DNA from: Deltaproteobacteria bacterium
GTDB lineage: Bacteria > CG2-30-53-67
Reading direction: 5' to 3'
Length of the DNA stretch: 64,000 bases
NCBI GenBank assembly: GCA_013151235.1
Contig: JAADIO010000035.1
Coordinates: 1-64,000, forward strand
Shown: piece after piece, positions 48,819 to 58,066 of the stretch
Layout: each line of letters begins with the position of its first letter
Position numbering within the stretch: position 1 is the first letter of the stretch
Program-made: the position numbers and the translations under genes
Notes under the pieces: model-generated
What the model was told of the DNA's origin: nothing
The model's database searches: none
The model's input: only the letters and a program-made list of their open reading frames with translations

Positions 48819-49014
48819 AATCTCCCTGCCGGATCCATATCTTCCATTTTCCCTCTTCCTGTACCGGCCGTCAGGCCCTTTTCCGGCAAAGACGGTTGAG
48901 GACCAAGTGGACGCAACCGGGGTTGAGTAACCTTTTCTGAAAAGAACCGATCCCTGTCGGCAAGTCAAACAGGAAGCGCTTTACAGATCCGAACAACAAC
49001 GGGAGGAATATAAA

Positions 49015-49434
49015 ATGAATCGACGCATAATGGTCGTGGATGACGATCCCGGCATCCTGCTGAGTACAACTTTTTTCCTCAAGCAGGCCGGATTTGAAGT
49101 ATCTCAGGCCGCCAACGGACGGGAGGCACTCCGGAAACTTCTCGGAGCACAGCGGAGAAGAATTCCTTATGATCTTCTGATCACGGATAACCAGATGCCG
49201 GAGATGTCCGGTCGCGAACTGTTTCAGGAAATCCGACTCTACACCCGCTCACTGCCCGTCTTCGTGGTTTCCGGCCTGTGGGATGCGGGCTTTGCAAGAG
49301 AACTGGAAGCAGACGGCCGCGCCGCCTTTTTCCTGAAACCCGTCGATCTGGAAGAATTCGTTACAGGGGTGAAATTTCACATGGAAGGGTCCGGGCGAAC
49401 CTGGAAGGATCTTTCATCACGACTGGTTTCATGA
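49015..49434 (+). CDS. Single-domain response regulator
   Basis: IMVVDDD, ITDNQMPEMSG, KPV; GGAGG RBS. Confidence 0.88.
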   Translation: MNRRIMVVDDDPGILLSTTFFLKQAGFEVSQAANGREALRKLLGAQRRRIPYDLLITDNQMPEMSGRELFQEIRLYTRSLPVFVVSGLWDAGFARELEADGRAAFFLKPVDLEEFVTGVKFHMEGSGRTWKDLSSRLVS

Positions 49435-49504
49435 AATTCGGAATGCCGAATGAGTAGAGGACAAAAATTTTTCGACATCACCCACTGAAAAGGAGAACAA
49501 CACC

Positions 49505-50491
49505 GTGGACGCAAAAGCACAGGAAGCCAACGCACGGCTGGAAGAGAAAACCCTGCTGGTCAAACGACTTGAAGGAGAAATCTCGAAGGTCCTCGTGGGC
49601 CAGCGTGACCTGCTGGACCGGCTCCTGATCGGGCTGCTGGCCGACGGGCATATCCTCGTGGAAGGGGTCCCCGGCCTGGCGAAGACCACCGCAGTCAAGA
49701 CCCTGGCAGCGGCCATCCGGACGACCTTCCAGCGAATCCAGTTCACACCGGACCTCCTCCCGGCCGACCTGATCGGCACCCGGATCTACCTGCCGAAAAC
49801 AGGCGAGTTCACCACCAAGAAAGGGCCTCTTTTCGCAAACATCATCCTGGCCGACGAGATCAACAGAGCGCCGGCAAAGGTGCAAAGCGCCCTTTTGGAG
49901 GCAATGCAGGAGCGGCAGGTCACCATCGGCGAAGAGACCTTTGCACTCCCCCGCCCCTTTCTGGTCATGGCCACACAGAATCCGATTGAACAGGAAGGAA
50001 CCTATCCCCTGCCCGAAGCTCAGGTCGACCGGTTCATGTTGAAAATCACCATCACCTACCCCGGCCGGGAAGAGGAACGGGAGATTGTGAAACGCTTTGC
50101 CGGTCGGCCGGAATATACCGTCCAGCCCGTCCTAACCCCCGAGGAGATTCTCGACCTGAAGGAGGCCACCACGAAGATTTACCTCGATGAACGGCTCTCC
50201 GACTACATCGTCGACCTCGTCCAGGCAACGAGGAACCCCGGGGATCATGGTCTCCCCCTCGGTTCCATGATTCAGTACGGGGCCTCCCCCCGTGCCTCGA
50301 TCTACCTGAACCTCGCCGCCCGTGCTCACGCCTTCCTCCGGGGACGGGGGTATGCAACACCCGAGGACATCAAGTCCGTCGCTCACGACGTGCTCCGCCA
50401 CAGGGTCATCCTCTCCTACGAGGCCGAGGCGGAAGAGATGACCCCGGATGAAGTAATTCAGCAAATTCTGGACAAAGTTGAAGTCCCTTAA
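49505..50491 (+). CDS. MoxR-family AAA+ ATPase
   Basis: EGVPGLAKT, RIQFTPDLLPAD, DEINRAPAKVQSALLE, ATQNPIEQEGTYPLPEAQ. Confidence 0.95.
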   Translation: MDAKAQEANARLEEKTLLVKRLEGEISKVLVGQRDLLDRLLIGLLADGHILVEGVPGLAKTTAVKTLAAAIRTTFQRIQFTPDLLPADLIGTRIYLPKTGEFTTKKGPLFANIILADEINRAPAKVQSALLEAMQERQVTIGEETFALPRPFLVMATQNPIEQEGTYPLPEAQVDRFMLKITITYPGREEEREIVKRFAGRPEYTVQPVLTPEEILDLKEATTKIYLDERLSDYIVDLVQATRNPGDHGLPLGSMIQYGASPRASIYLNLAARAHAFLRGRGYATPEDIKSVAHDVLRHRVILSYEAEAEEMTPDEVIQQILDKVEVP

Positions 50492-50540
50492 GAACCGTTA
50501 CTCCTTCTCTTCTGAACAGCCGGCAGTCAGGGAGGTTGCG

Positions 50541-51428
50541 ATGTCTCTCGATGCGGAAACCATCCGGAAGATCCGGAAGATTCACATCATCACCAATTAC
50601 CTTGTCAATGACATTATGACAGGAGAATACCATTCCGCCTTCAAGGGATTAGGGATGGAGTTTGCCGAGGTCCGGGAATACCAGCCGGGAGACGACATTC
50701 GAACCATTGACTGGAACGTGACGGCCCGGACGGGCCGCCCCTTCGTCAAATCCTTCCAGGAGGAACGGGAACTGACGGTCATGCTCTTAGTGGACATCTC
50801 CGCCTCAGGTTCCTTCGGAACCTTCCGGACGAAGAATGAAGTCGCCGCCGAGATCGCCGCAACGCTCTCCTTTTCGGCCATCAAGAACCAGGACAAGGTG
50901 GGTCTTCTCCTCTTTACCGACCGCGTGGAGAAATACATCCCCCCTCGGAAGGGACGGAGCCATGTCTGGCGCGTCATTGAAGAAGTCCTCGAGTACCGCC
51001 CGGAGTACCGGGGAACCGATCTTTCGGCGCCCCTGGAATATATCAACCGGGTCCTGAACCGTAAGACAATCTGCTTCCTCCTCTCAGACTTTCTCGCCGC
51101 CGGTTTTGAACGCCCCCTCCGGGTCGCCTGCCGACGGCACGATATGATTGCCGTCACCCTGACCGACCCGCGGGAAACGGTCCTCCCCGCCGTGGGTTAC
51201 CTGAAACTGCTGGACGCAGAAACGGGTGAGATCCTCATCGTGAACACCCGGGATCCCGAAACAAGGCGGACCTACACCGACCGGTGGCGGGCAGCGCGGG
51301 AAAAAACGGTGAAGATCTTTCGTTCCCTCGGGATCGACCACATCGAGATCCGCACCGACCGTCCCTATGTAGAAGATATCATGCGATTCTTCCGTCTCCG
51401 GGAAAAACGGAGGACAAGGATAAAATGA
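50541..51428 (+). CDS. DUF58 protein
   Basis: GMEFAEVREYQPGDDIRTIDWNVTAR, EERE, DISAS, LSDF. Confidence 0.92.
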   Translation: MSLDAETIRKIRKIHIITNYLVNDIMTGEYHSAFKGLGMEFAEVREYQPGDDIRTIDWNVTARTGRPFVKSFQEERELTVMLLVDISASGSFGTFRTKNEVAAEIAATLSFSAIKNQDKVGLLLFTDRVEKYIPPRKGRSHVWRVIEEVLEYRPEYRGTDLSAPLEYINRVLNRKTICFLLSDFLAAGFERPLRVACRRHDMIAVTLTDPRETVLPAVGYLKLLDAETGEILIVNTRDPETRRTYTDRWRAAREKTVKIFRSLGIDHIEIRTDRPYVEDIMRFFRLREKRRTRIK

Positions 51429-52417
51429 AGAACCTGCTGTCGGACATTCCGATTCGGCGGCTCTTCCTGCTGCTGGTTCTCCTGCTAATAACAACAGCAG
51501 CCGGATCGCCGGCGGAAACCGATGCTCCCCGGACTCCTTCCGCCCCGGTCACGCTAAAAGCCCGCCTCTCTCCCGAAGAGGCGACCATCGGCGACCGGAT
51601 TGCTTATTCCCTGACCCTCACCCGCGCGCACAAGGTTCTGATGGAATTGCCGGAGCCTCCCCGTTCCATAGACGGGGTCACTCTCCTCAAGGTCGAGAAA
51701 AAGGCGCCGAAGAAGGAGGGGGACCGGATCGTCGAAAGCAGAAGTTACCTCTACCGCGTTGACCGGACGGGGACGATCGTATTCCCTGCACTGAAAGGAA
51801 CCTGTCTTTCCGACGGCAAGGAAATCACCGTGGCAACCCGGGCGCTGACCCTGACGGTCCGCTCCCTGCTGCCGGCAAAGATGAAGGACATCCACGAGAT
51901 CAAGCCGCTTGAACCGGCGGGGTTCTATCTTCCCATCCCTTTTCTCATCGCAGCAGGCCTTCTCCTCCTCGCCCTCCTCGTTGTCGTCTTCCTGAGGCAG
52001 CGGCGAAAGAAACGGGCCGATCTTCCCTTCGTCGAAGCGGTCCGCTCTCCCCGAGAAGAGGCGGAAGAGGCGTTGAACAAACTGGCAGCTTCAGGCCTGA
52101 TCGAGAAGGGGGAATTTAAAAAATACTGTTTCCGCCTCTCAGAGATCTTTCGGCGATACCTGGAACGAAGGTTCCGATTTCCCGCCGTGGAGTCAACCTC
52201 CGAGGAGATCCGGCACAACCTGAACACCCTCCCTGCGGAAGAGAAGTTAAAAGAAGAGGTGCGTCTTTTTCTCCGCAACACAGACCGGGTAAAATACGCC
52301 GGCCATCAGGCGGAGCGGGAAGAGATCGACGGGGAAACGGAACGGGTCCGAACCTTTGTGGCCCTCACATCGCAGGAAGGGACTTCGGAGAAGGAGGCAG
52401 AGCATGTGGCGTTTTGA
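51425..52417 (+). CDS. Bat-operon membrane protein (signal, Ig-like region, TM, helical C-terminus)
   Basis: IGD, DIHEIKP, TM, RRYLERRF..A.E.TSEEI, DRVKYA. Confidence 0.75.
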   Translation: MKNLLSDIPIRRLFLLLVLLLITTAAGSPAETDAPRTPSAPVTLKARLSPEEATIGDRIAYSLTLTRAHKVLMELPEPPRSIDGVTLLKVEKKAPKKEGDRIVESRSYLYRVDRTGTIVFPALKGTCLSDGKEITVATRALTLTVRSLLPAKMKDIHEIKPLEPAGFYLPIPFLIAAGLLLLALLVVVFLRQRRKKRADLPFVEAVRSPREEAEEALNKLAASGLIEKGEFKKYCFRLSEIFRRYLERRFRFPAVESTSEEIRHNLNTLPAEEKLKEEVRLFLRNTDRVKYAGHQAEREEIDGETERVRTFVALTSQEGTSEKEAEHVAF

Positions 52418-53396
52418 CGATCCCTGGAATCTGATTCTCCTCCTGATCATCCCCATCCGGATCTTTTTCCATCAGCGACGGCAGAGGGGAGCACTCCTTT
52501 TCTCCGGTCTGCAGACCGCCAAATCTCTCCCCCGGACGGGGACGGTTTCCGCCTCATGGGGGCCTTTGCTGCTGCGATCGGCTGCTCTGCTTTTTCTGAT
52601 CGTCGCCCTCGCCCGGCCCCAGTCGGGTCGAACCACCACGGAGGTCCTGACCAAGGGGATCGACATCATGCTCACCCTCGACACCTCGGGGAGCATGAAG
52701 GCCCTCGATTTCGAAATTAAAGGAAAACGGATCAACCGTCTCGCCGTGGTCAAAAAGGTCGTGGCAAAATTCATCAAAGGAAGAGAACATGACCGGATGG
52801 GAATGGTGGTCTTTGCCGGGAATGCCTACACCCAGTGTCCTCTGACCCTCGACCGGGGCGTTCTTCTGACCCTCCTCGACCGCGTCGAGATCGGACCGGC
52901 CGGGGACGGGACGGCCATCGGATCCGCCCTGGCCACGGCGGTCAAACGACTCAAGGACTCAAAGGCAAAATCGAAGGTGGTGATCCTCCTCACCGACGGC
53001 CGGAACAACACCGGAAAGATCGATCCCGAGACGGCAGCCGAACTGGCCAAAAACTACAACATCAAGGTCTACTGCATCGGCGCGGGCACGAAAGGCCCGG
53101 CCCCTTTCCTGGTCGATTCCTTCTTCGGGAAACGCTATGTCTATCAGAATGTGGACATCGACGAGAAAACCCTGAAAATGATCGCCGCAACCACAGGGGG
53201 CCGGTACTTCCGGGCCACCGATACCAAGGGACTTGAGGCAATCTACAAAAAGATCGACAGTATGGAGAAAACGAAGGTGAAGGTCAAGGAATACAGCGAA
53301 TATACGGAGGAGTTCGCCTGGTTCCTGATCCCGGGACTTTTCTTTCTGGGACTCGAGGTCGTACTGGAAAACACATTTTGGAGGAAGATCCCCTGA
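52404..53396 (+). CDS. BatA-like VWA protein
   Basis: ALARPQ, DTSGSM MIDAS, PLTLD, GTAIG, LLTDG, TGGRYFRA. Confidence 0.9.
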   Translation: MWRFDDPWNLILLLIIPIRIFFHQRRQRGALLFSGLQTAKSLPRTGTVSASWGPLLLRSAALLFLIVALARPQSGRTTTEVLTKGIDIMLTLDTSGSMKALDFEIKGKRINRLAVVKKVVAKFIKGREHDRMGMVVFAGNAYTQCPLTLDRGVLLTLLDRVEIGPAGDGTAIGSALATAVKRLKDSKAKSKVVILLTDGRNNTGKIDPETAAELAKNYNIKVYCIGAGTKGPAPFLVDSFFGKRYVYQNVDIDEKTLKMIAATTGGRYFRATDTKGLEAIYKKIDSMEKTKVKVKEYSEYTEEFAWFLIPGLFFLGLEVVLENTFWRKIP

Positions 53397-53447
53397 TCTT
53401 TTTCCCGCTTCCATCTTTCGATGGGATCGGGAAAAAAGATATGTACA

Positions 53448-53531
53448 TCCCCCCTTTTCCAAAGGGGAGAAGAGAATCAGGGACACCAAAAAACCTCTAC
53501 TCCTTATAACCTCCCCCTTTTGAAGGGGGAT
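53448..53531. repeat. Two CCCCCTTT/AAGGGG palindromes between batA and batB
   Basis: TCCCCCTTTTCCAAAGGGGA and TCCCCCTTTGAAGGGGGA-type hairpins. Confidence 0.6.
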
Positions 53532-53551
53532 TGAAAGAGAGAAAAAAACCG

Positions 53552-54559
53552 ATGCATTTTAAAAACGCACAACTCCTGCTCCTCCTGTGGCTCGTTCCCC
53601 TCTTGGGGCTCTTCTATCTCTGGTCCTTCAAGAGTCGGGACCGGTGCCTTCGGACCTTCTGCAATAATCCCGCCCTGCTGCCCCGCCTCCTGCACGGCGT
53701 CCACCGGAAGCGGCAGCGGATGAAGGCGGCCCTTATCGTCGTCGCTATTGCACTCTCCATCGTAGCCTTGGCACGCCCACGCTGGGGATTCCGGTGGGAA
53801 GAGATCAGGCGACGGGGTGTCGATATCGTCGTAGCCCTCGACGTCTCACAGAGCATGATGGCGACCGACGTCGATCCGAACCGCCTGGAACGGGCAAAAC
53901 GGAAGATTCAGGACCTTCTGACCATGCTCAGGGGAGACCGAATCGGGCTGGTCGCCTTTGCCGGGAGCAGTTTCATTCAGTGCCCCCTGACCCTCGACTA
54001 CGGCGCCTTCCGGATCTTCCTCGATGGGCTCTCCCCGGACCTGATCCCCGTACCGGGTACGGCTGTCGCCCGGGCCATCGAGACTTCCCTGACCGCCTTC
54101 GATCCGAAACTCAGGACTTCCAAAGCCATCATCCTGATCACCGACGGCGAAGATCACGGCGGCAATCCCCTCAGCGCTGCGAAGAAAGCGAAGGAAGCCG
54201 GGGTGAAAATTTTTACCATCGGCATCGGCAAACGGGAAGGCGCCCCGATTCCCCTGGCCGGTCCCGGCGGGGGATTTAAGAAGGATCATTCCGGCAATCT
54301 CATCCTGACCCGTCTTGATGAGGAAACCCTGAAAAAGATCGCCTTGACAACGGGCGGTGCCTACGTTCATTCTGTCACGGGTGATATGGACCTGCAGTCG
54401 ATTTATCTGAAGGGGATCCGAATGGGAATGAAACAGACCGAATTGGCGACCCGTCGTAAGAAACGATGGACGGAGCGATTTGAATGGCCCCTCATGGCGG
54501 CGGTTTTTCTCCTGATCGCAGAGGGGTTTCTCCGGGAAGGGGGACGGGAGGAGGCATGA
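53552..54559 (+). CDS. BatB-like VWA protein
   Basis: ALARPRWG, DVSQSM, PNRLERAK, LITDGEDH. Confidence 0.9.
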   Translation: MHFKNAQLLLLLWLVPLLGLFYLWSFKSRDRCLRTFCNNPALLPRLLHGVHRKRQRMKAALIVVAIALSIVALARPRWGFRWEEIRRRGVDIVVALDVSQSMMATDVDPNRLERAKRKIQDLLTMLRGDRIGLVAFAGSSFIQCPLTLDYGAFRIFLDGLSPDLIPVPGTAVARAIETSLTAFDPKLRTSKAIILITDGEDHGGNPLSAAKKAKEAGVKIFTIGIGKREGAPIPLAGPGGGFKKDHSGNLILTRLDEETLKKIALTTGGAYVHSVTGDMDLQSIYLKGIRMGMKQTELATRRKKRWTERFEWPLMAAVFLLIAEGFLREGGREEA

Positions 54560-55386
54560 TCCGGCATTTTCTGGTAATCTTTGGCTGTCTGAGTACCCTG
54601 CTTCTCACCGGGCACTCCCTCTGGGCCGCATCCCCCACCCGGGCGATGAAAGAGGGGATACGGGCCTATCACGCGAAAAAATACAAAGAGGCTCTCACCC
54701 ACTTTGAAGCAGCGGAAGTCGAAGCACCGGACGATCCGAAGATCCGCTACAATGCCGCTGCCGCCCGATACCGCACCGGTGACTTTGCATCCGCAGCAAA
54801 AGAATTCGGACAAGTCCTTTCGAAAACCGAAGACCCGAAACTCCGGGCAAAGGCCTACTACAACCTCGGCAACACGGCCTTCCGAGAAAAAGACCTGAAG
54901 GCCTCCTCCGGATTCTATCGTAAAGCACTCTCCATTGACCCTGAAGACCGTCAGGCCAAGGAAAATCTCGAGTTCGTCCTGAAAGCGATCAAACAGCAGA
55001 AGCAGCAGAAACGGAAGCAGAATGGGAAAACAACCAAGAATCAGGCAAAACCGAAAGAAGATCAAAAAACAGAACCGACACAAGAGACACGGAATTCCGC
55101 GCAGAAAGAAGGAACGGGGAAAAAATCACCGCAACCAACAACCGGGAAGAACAAGGAACAAAAACCTCCGGAAGGGAAAATTCATGAAACCGGAGGGGGA
55201 AAAAAGAAGGGGCTGAAAGGGACCGGGACCAACGCTCGTCCGGACCATCCCGTTGAGGGGCATCCCCTCTCCCCGGAGGAGGCGGAACGGCTGCTCAATT
55301 CCCTGAGTGATGATCAACGGGCCTACTTCCGGAAGCAGGCGGCACGGGAAGCCCCCAACAGGAAAAACGTCGTGGAAGACTGGTAA
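54556..55386 (+). CDS. BatC-like TPR protein
   Basis: YNLGNTAF, AKENLE, Q/K-rich linker, EAERLL, C-terminal DW. Confidence 0.85.
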   Translation: MIRHFLVIFGCLSTLLLTGHSLWAASPTRAMKEGIRAYHAKKYKEALTHFEAAEVEAPDDPKIRYNAAAARYRTGDFASAAKEFGQVLSKTEDPKLRAKAYYNLGNTAFREKDLKASSGFYRKALSIDPEDRQAKENLEFVLKAIKQQKQQKRKQNGKTTKNQAKPKEDQKTEPTQETRNSAQKEGTGKKSPQPTTGKNKEQKPPEGKIHETGGGKKKGLKGTGTNARPDHPVEGHPLSPEEAERLLNSLSDDQRAYFRKQAAREAPNRKNVVEDW

Positions 55387-55388
55387 GC

Positions 55389-57158
55389 ATGAAAGAAAAC
55401 GATTTCAAAAAGATGGGGGAAATTTTACTCCTCATGGTGTCGCTTCTGCTCCTCTATCAACCGGCGCAAGCCGGGGAGCTCTCCGTCACGGCCGGCGTCG
55501 ACCGGAACAGGATCACCCTGGAAGACATGGTTCGTCTGACCATCAGCGTCTCGGGGAGCCGCAAAACGCCTGAACCGGAGCTGCCCGACCTGCCCGACTT
55601 TGAGATTGCTTCCCGGGGGCGTTCCTCCCAGGTTCAGATCATCAACGGGTCCTACTCCTCCCGGATGGATTATACCTATCTTCTTGCACCGCAAAAAACG
55701 GGGAGACTCACCATCGGACCGGCGATCATCCGTTTTCAAGGAGAAATCTATCGAACCGATCCGATTACAATCCGTGTTGAAAAGACCCGCCAGTCGGAAA
55801 CCGAGAACCGAGATCTTTTTATCACCACGGAAGTCGATACCGCCAAACCTTACGTGGGGCAACAGGTAATCTATACCTTCCGCTTCTTCCGCCGGGTCCA
55901 GGTGGACAACGCGTCCCTGGAAAAATTGGATTTCAACGGTCTTCAGGTGGAAGACCTCGGCAAGGAAAAATCCTACACAACGGTTAAAAATGGAATCCGT
56001 TACCAGGTCACGGAGTTTCGCAGGATTCTTTATCCCGTCCATGCAGGGTCCTTGACCCTTCCGACCGCAACGCTAAAGTGCGATATTCCTTATGGACAGC
56101 CCAGTCCCTACGATATTTTCAATTTCGGCACGGAACGTTCCCGAACGAAGATTCTCCGGTCGAAACCAATCACCCTTCAGGTCCGTCCCCTGCCGGAACA
56201 GGGGAAACCGAAAAACTTTTCCGGGCTGGTCGGTAACTTCAGTCTGATTGCCCAATTAGGGAAAGAAGAGATTGAGGAAGGAGGATCGGCAACGCTGACC
56301 ATGACGGTGATGGGAACGGGAGATCTTACCGGTGCACCGAGACCCAAGATCGAAGGCCTGCAGCATTTCAAAACTTATGATGATCAACCGACCCTCACCC
56401 GGGAGACCCGTCAGGACCGGGTCCTTTCCCGGAAGGTCTTTAAAACCGCTCTCGTTCCGATGGAACCGGGGACGATCACCATCCCAGGCGTCTCGATTTC
56501 CTTCTTCAACCCCGATGCCGGACAGTACCAGAAACGGAAAGCCGGCCCCTTTATCCTGAAAGTCCGACCGGCTGCGACGAAGGAGGAAATCAACCTGACC
56601 GATGCGACCCCGGCGGTGCCCATCCGGAAAGGGATCAAAATCGTCGGTCGGGACATCCTCCCAATCGTCACCGGCCTCGACACCTTCAAAGACCGCTCGT
56701 TTTCCCTGACCTCTCCGGGAGTGATGGGTCTCTGTTTTATCCCCCCCTTTGCGTTTCTCGTCATTTTCCGAATCAAGCGGGAACAAGAGCGGCGAACCAC
56801 GGATATCGGCTATGCCCGGAGCAAGCGGGCCTGGAGCCATTTTGAAGCAGGTATCAAGGAAGCCCGGACCTTGATCCGTCAGGGTAATTCCCGAAAGCTT
56901 CATGCCCATCTCGCCCGAACCCTCCAGTCCTATCTCGGTGCCAAGATGAATCTTGCCGGAGAGGCCCGGACGCCGGCCGAGCTGAAGGAGGCCCTGGCCT
57001 CCCGCCTGAACGATCCGTCCCTGCCGGAGGAGATTCATCGGCTGCTGCGGGAACTGGAGTACCGGCAGTTTGCACCTGAAAAAGAGGGGAGCCACGATGG
57101 CACATCCGACCTTGATCGGGTCGTAAAGGTTTGCAAAAAGGTGGAGAAAAAACTATGA
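55389..57158 (+). CDS. BatD-like protein
   Basis: VDRN, SSQVQIING, YVGQQ, FSGLVGNF; C-terminal TM. Confidence 0.85.
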   Translation: MKENDFKKMGEILLLMVSLLLLYQPAQAGELSVTAGVDRNRITLEDMVRLTISVSGSRKTPEPELPDLPDFEIASRGRSSQVQIINGSYSSRMDYTYLLAPQKTGRLTIGPAIIRFQGEIYRTDPITIRVEKTRQSETENRDLFITTEVDTAKPYVGQQVIYTFRFFRRVQVDNASLEKLDFNGLQVEDLGKEKSYTTVKNGIRYQVTEFRRILYPVHAGSLTLPTATLKCDIPYGQPSPYDIFNFGTERSRTKILRSKPITLQVRPLPEQGKPKNFSGLVGNFSLIAQLGKEEIEEGGSATLTMTVMGTGDLTGAPRPKIEGLQHFKTYDDQPTLTRETRQDRVLSRKVFKTALVPMEPGTITIPGVSISFFNPDAGQYQKRKAGPFILKVRPAATKEEINLTDATPAVPIRKGIKIVGRDILPIVTGLDTFKDRSFSLTSPGVMGLCFIPPFAFLVIFRIKREQERRTTDIGYARSKRAWSHFEAGIKEARTLIRQGNSRKLHAHLARTLQSYLGAKMNLAGEARTPAELKEALASRLNDPSLPEEIHRLLRELEYRQFAPEKEGSHDGTSDLDRVVKVCKKVEKKL

Positions 57159-58009
57159 AGAAGATTCCTTTCCTGCTGATCCTTCTCCTGCCCCTTCTGC
57201 TGCTGACTCCGCAGACGGCAAGTCCGGAGCATAAAAACGCACTCGCCCTCTTTCTCAAGGCAAACGAATCCTATCAGAAAGGCGATTACGAATCGGCCCG
57301 GGATCTCTATACCCGAATTCTCGATCAGGGGATACGGAATGGGATTCTTTACTATAACCTGGGAAACACCTATTACCGGCTGGGCCGGACCGGCAAAGCT
57401 ATCGAGAACTACCTTTCGGCCAGGGAATGGATCCCGCGATCGGAAGACCTGGAGGCCAACCTCCGCTACGCCCGGGAAGAACGGAAAGACCGGATCGAAG
57501 CGACGGGCGGCATACTGCGGGAACTCTTCTTCTGGTATTACCGGATGTCGTTTCCGGAAATGGTCCGGATCTTTCTCTTGAGCAACGTAATTTTCTGGGG
57601 CACCGCAGCCGGCCGTCTCTTTTCCCGGCGGCCCTTTCTCCGGGGGCTTCTCTACATTTCACTCCTGTTCGGGCTGACCATGGGAATCACGGCGGCGACC
57701 CGTTACCTCCAGACCCGGCTGCACCGACCGGCCGTCATCATCGTGCCGAAGGCATCGGTACGATCCGGAATGGACCCGGAGAGTACCACCCTCTTCGTCC
57801 TTCATGACGGTGCAGAGGGATGGATCGACCGAACCCGGGACGGCTGGGTCCTCTTCCGCCTCCCCTCCGGAAAAGAAGGATGGCTGAAAAAGGCCCAGGT
57901 CGGCAAGGCCGCCTTGCCTTACATGACAGAGAAAAAGTCAGGCTCATCATCCTTCTCGGAATCCGTACCTTCCCAACAAGGTGCGCTGCCCCACCGTCAA
58001 CGGGTATAA
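57155..58009 (+). CDS. BatE-like TPR plus SH3 protein
   Basis: YYNLGNTYYR, ANL, two TM segments, LHDG, GW. Confidence 0.85.
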   Translation: MKKIPFLLILLLPLLLLTPQTASPEHKNALALFLKANESYQKGDYESARDLYTRILDQGIRNGILYYNLGNTYYRLGRTGKAIENYLSAREWIPRSEDLEANLRYAREERKDRIEATGGILRELFFWYYRMSFPEMVRIFLLSNVIFWGTAAGRLFSRRPFLRGLLYISLLFGLTMGITAATRYLQTRLHRPAVIIVPKASVRSGMDPESTTLFVLHDGAEGWIDRTRDGWVLFRLPSGKEGWLKKAQVGKAALPYMTEKKSGSSSFSESVPSQQGALPHRQRV

Positions 58010-58066
58010 AGTTCCTGCTCTGGATCTCATGCGGATCAGGACAGGGGGAAACTGAAACAAACAACG

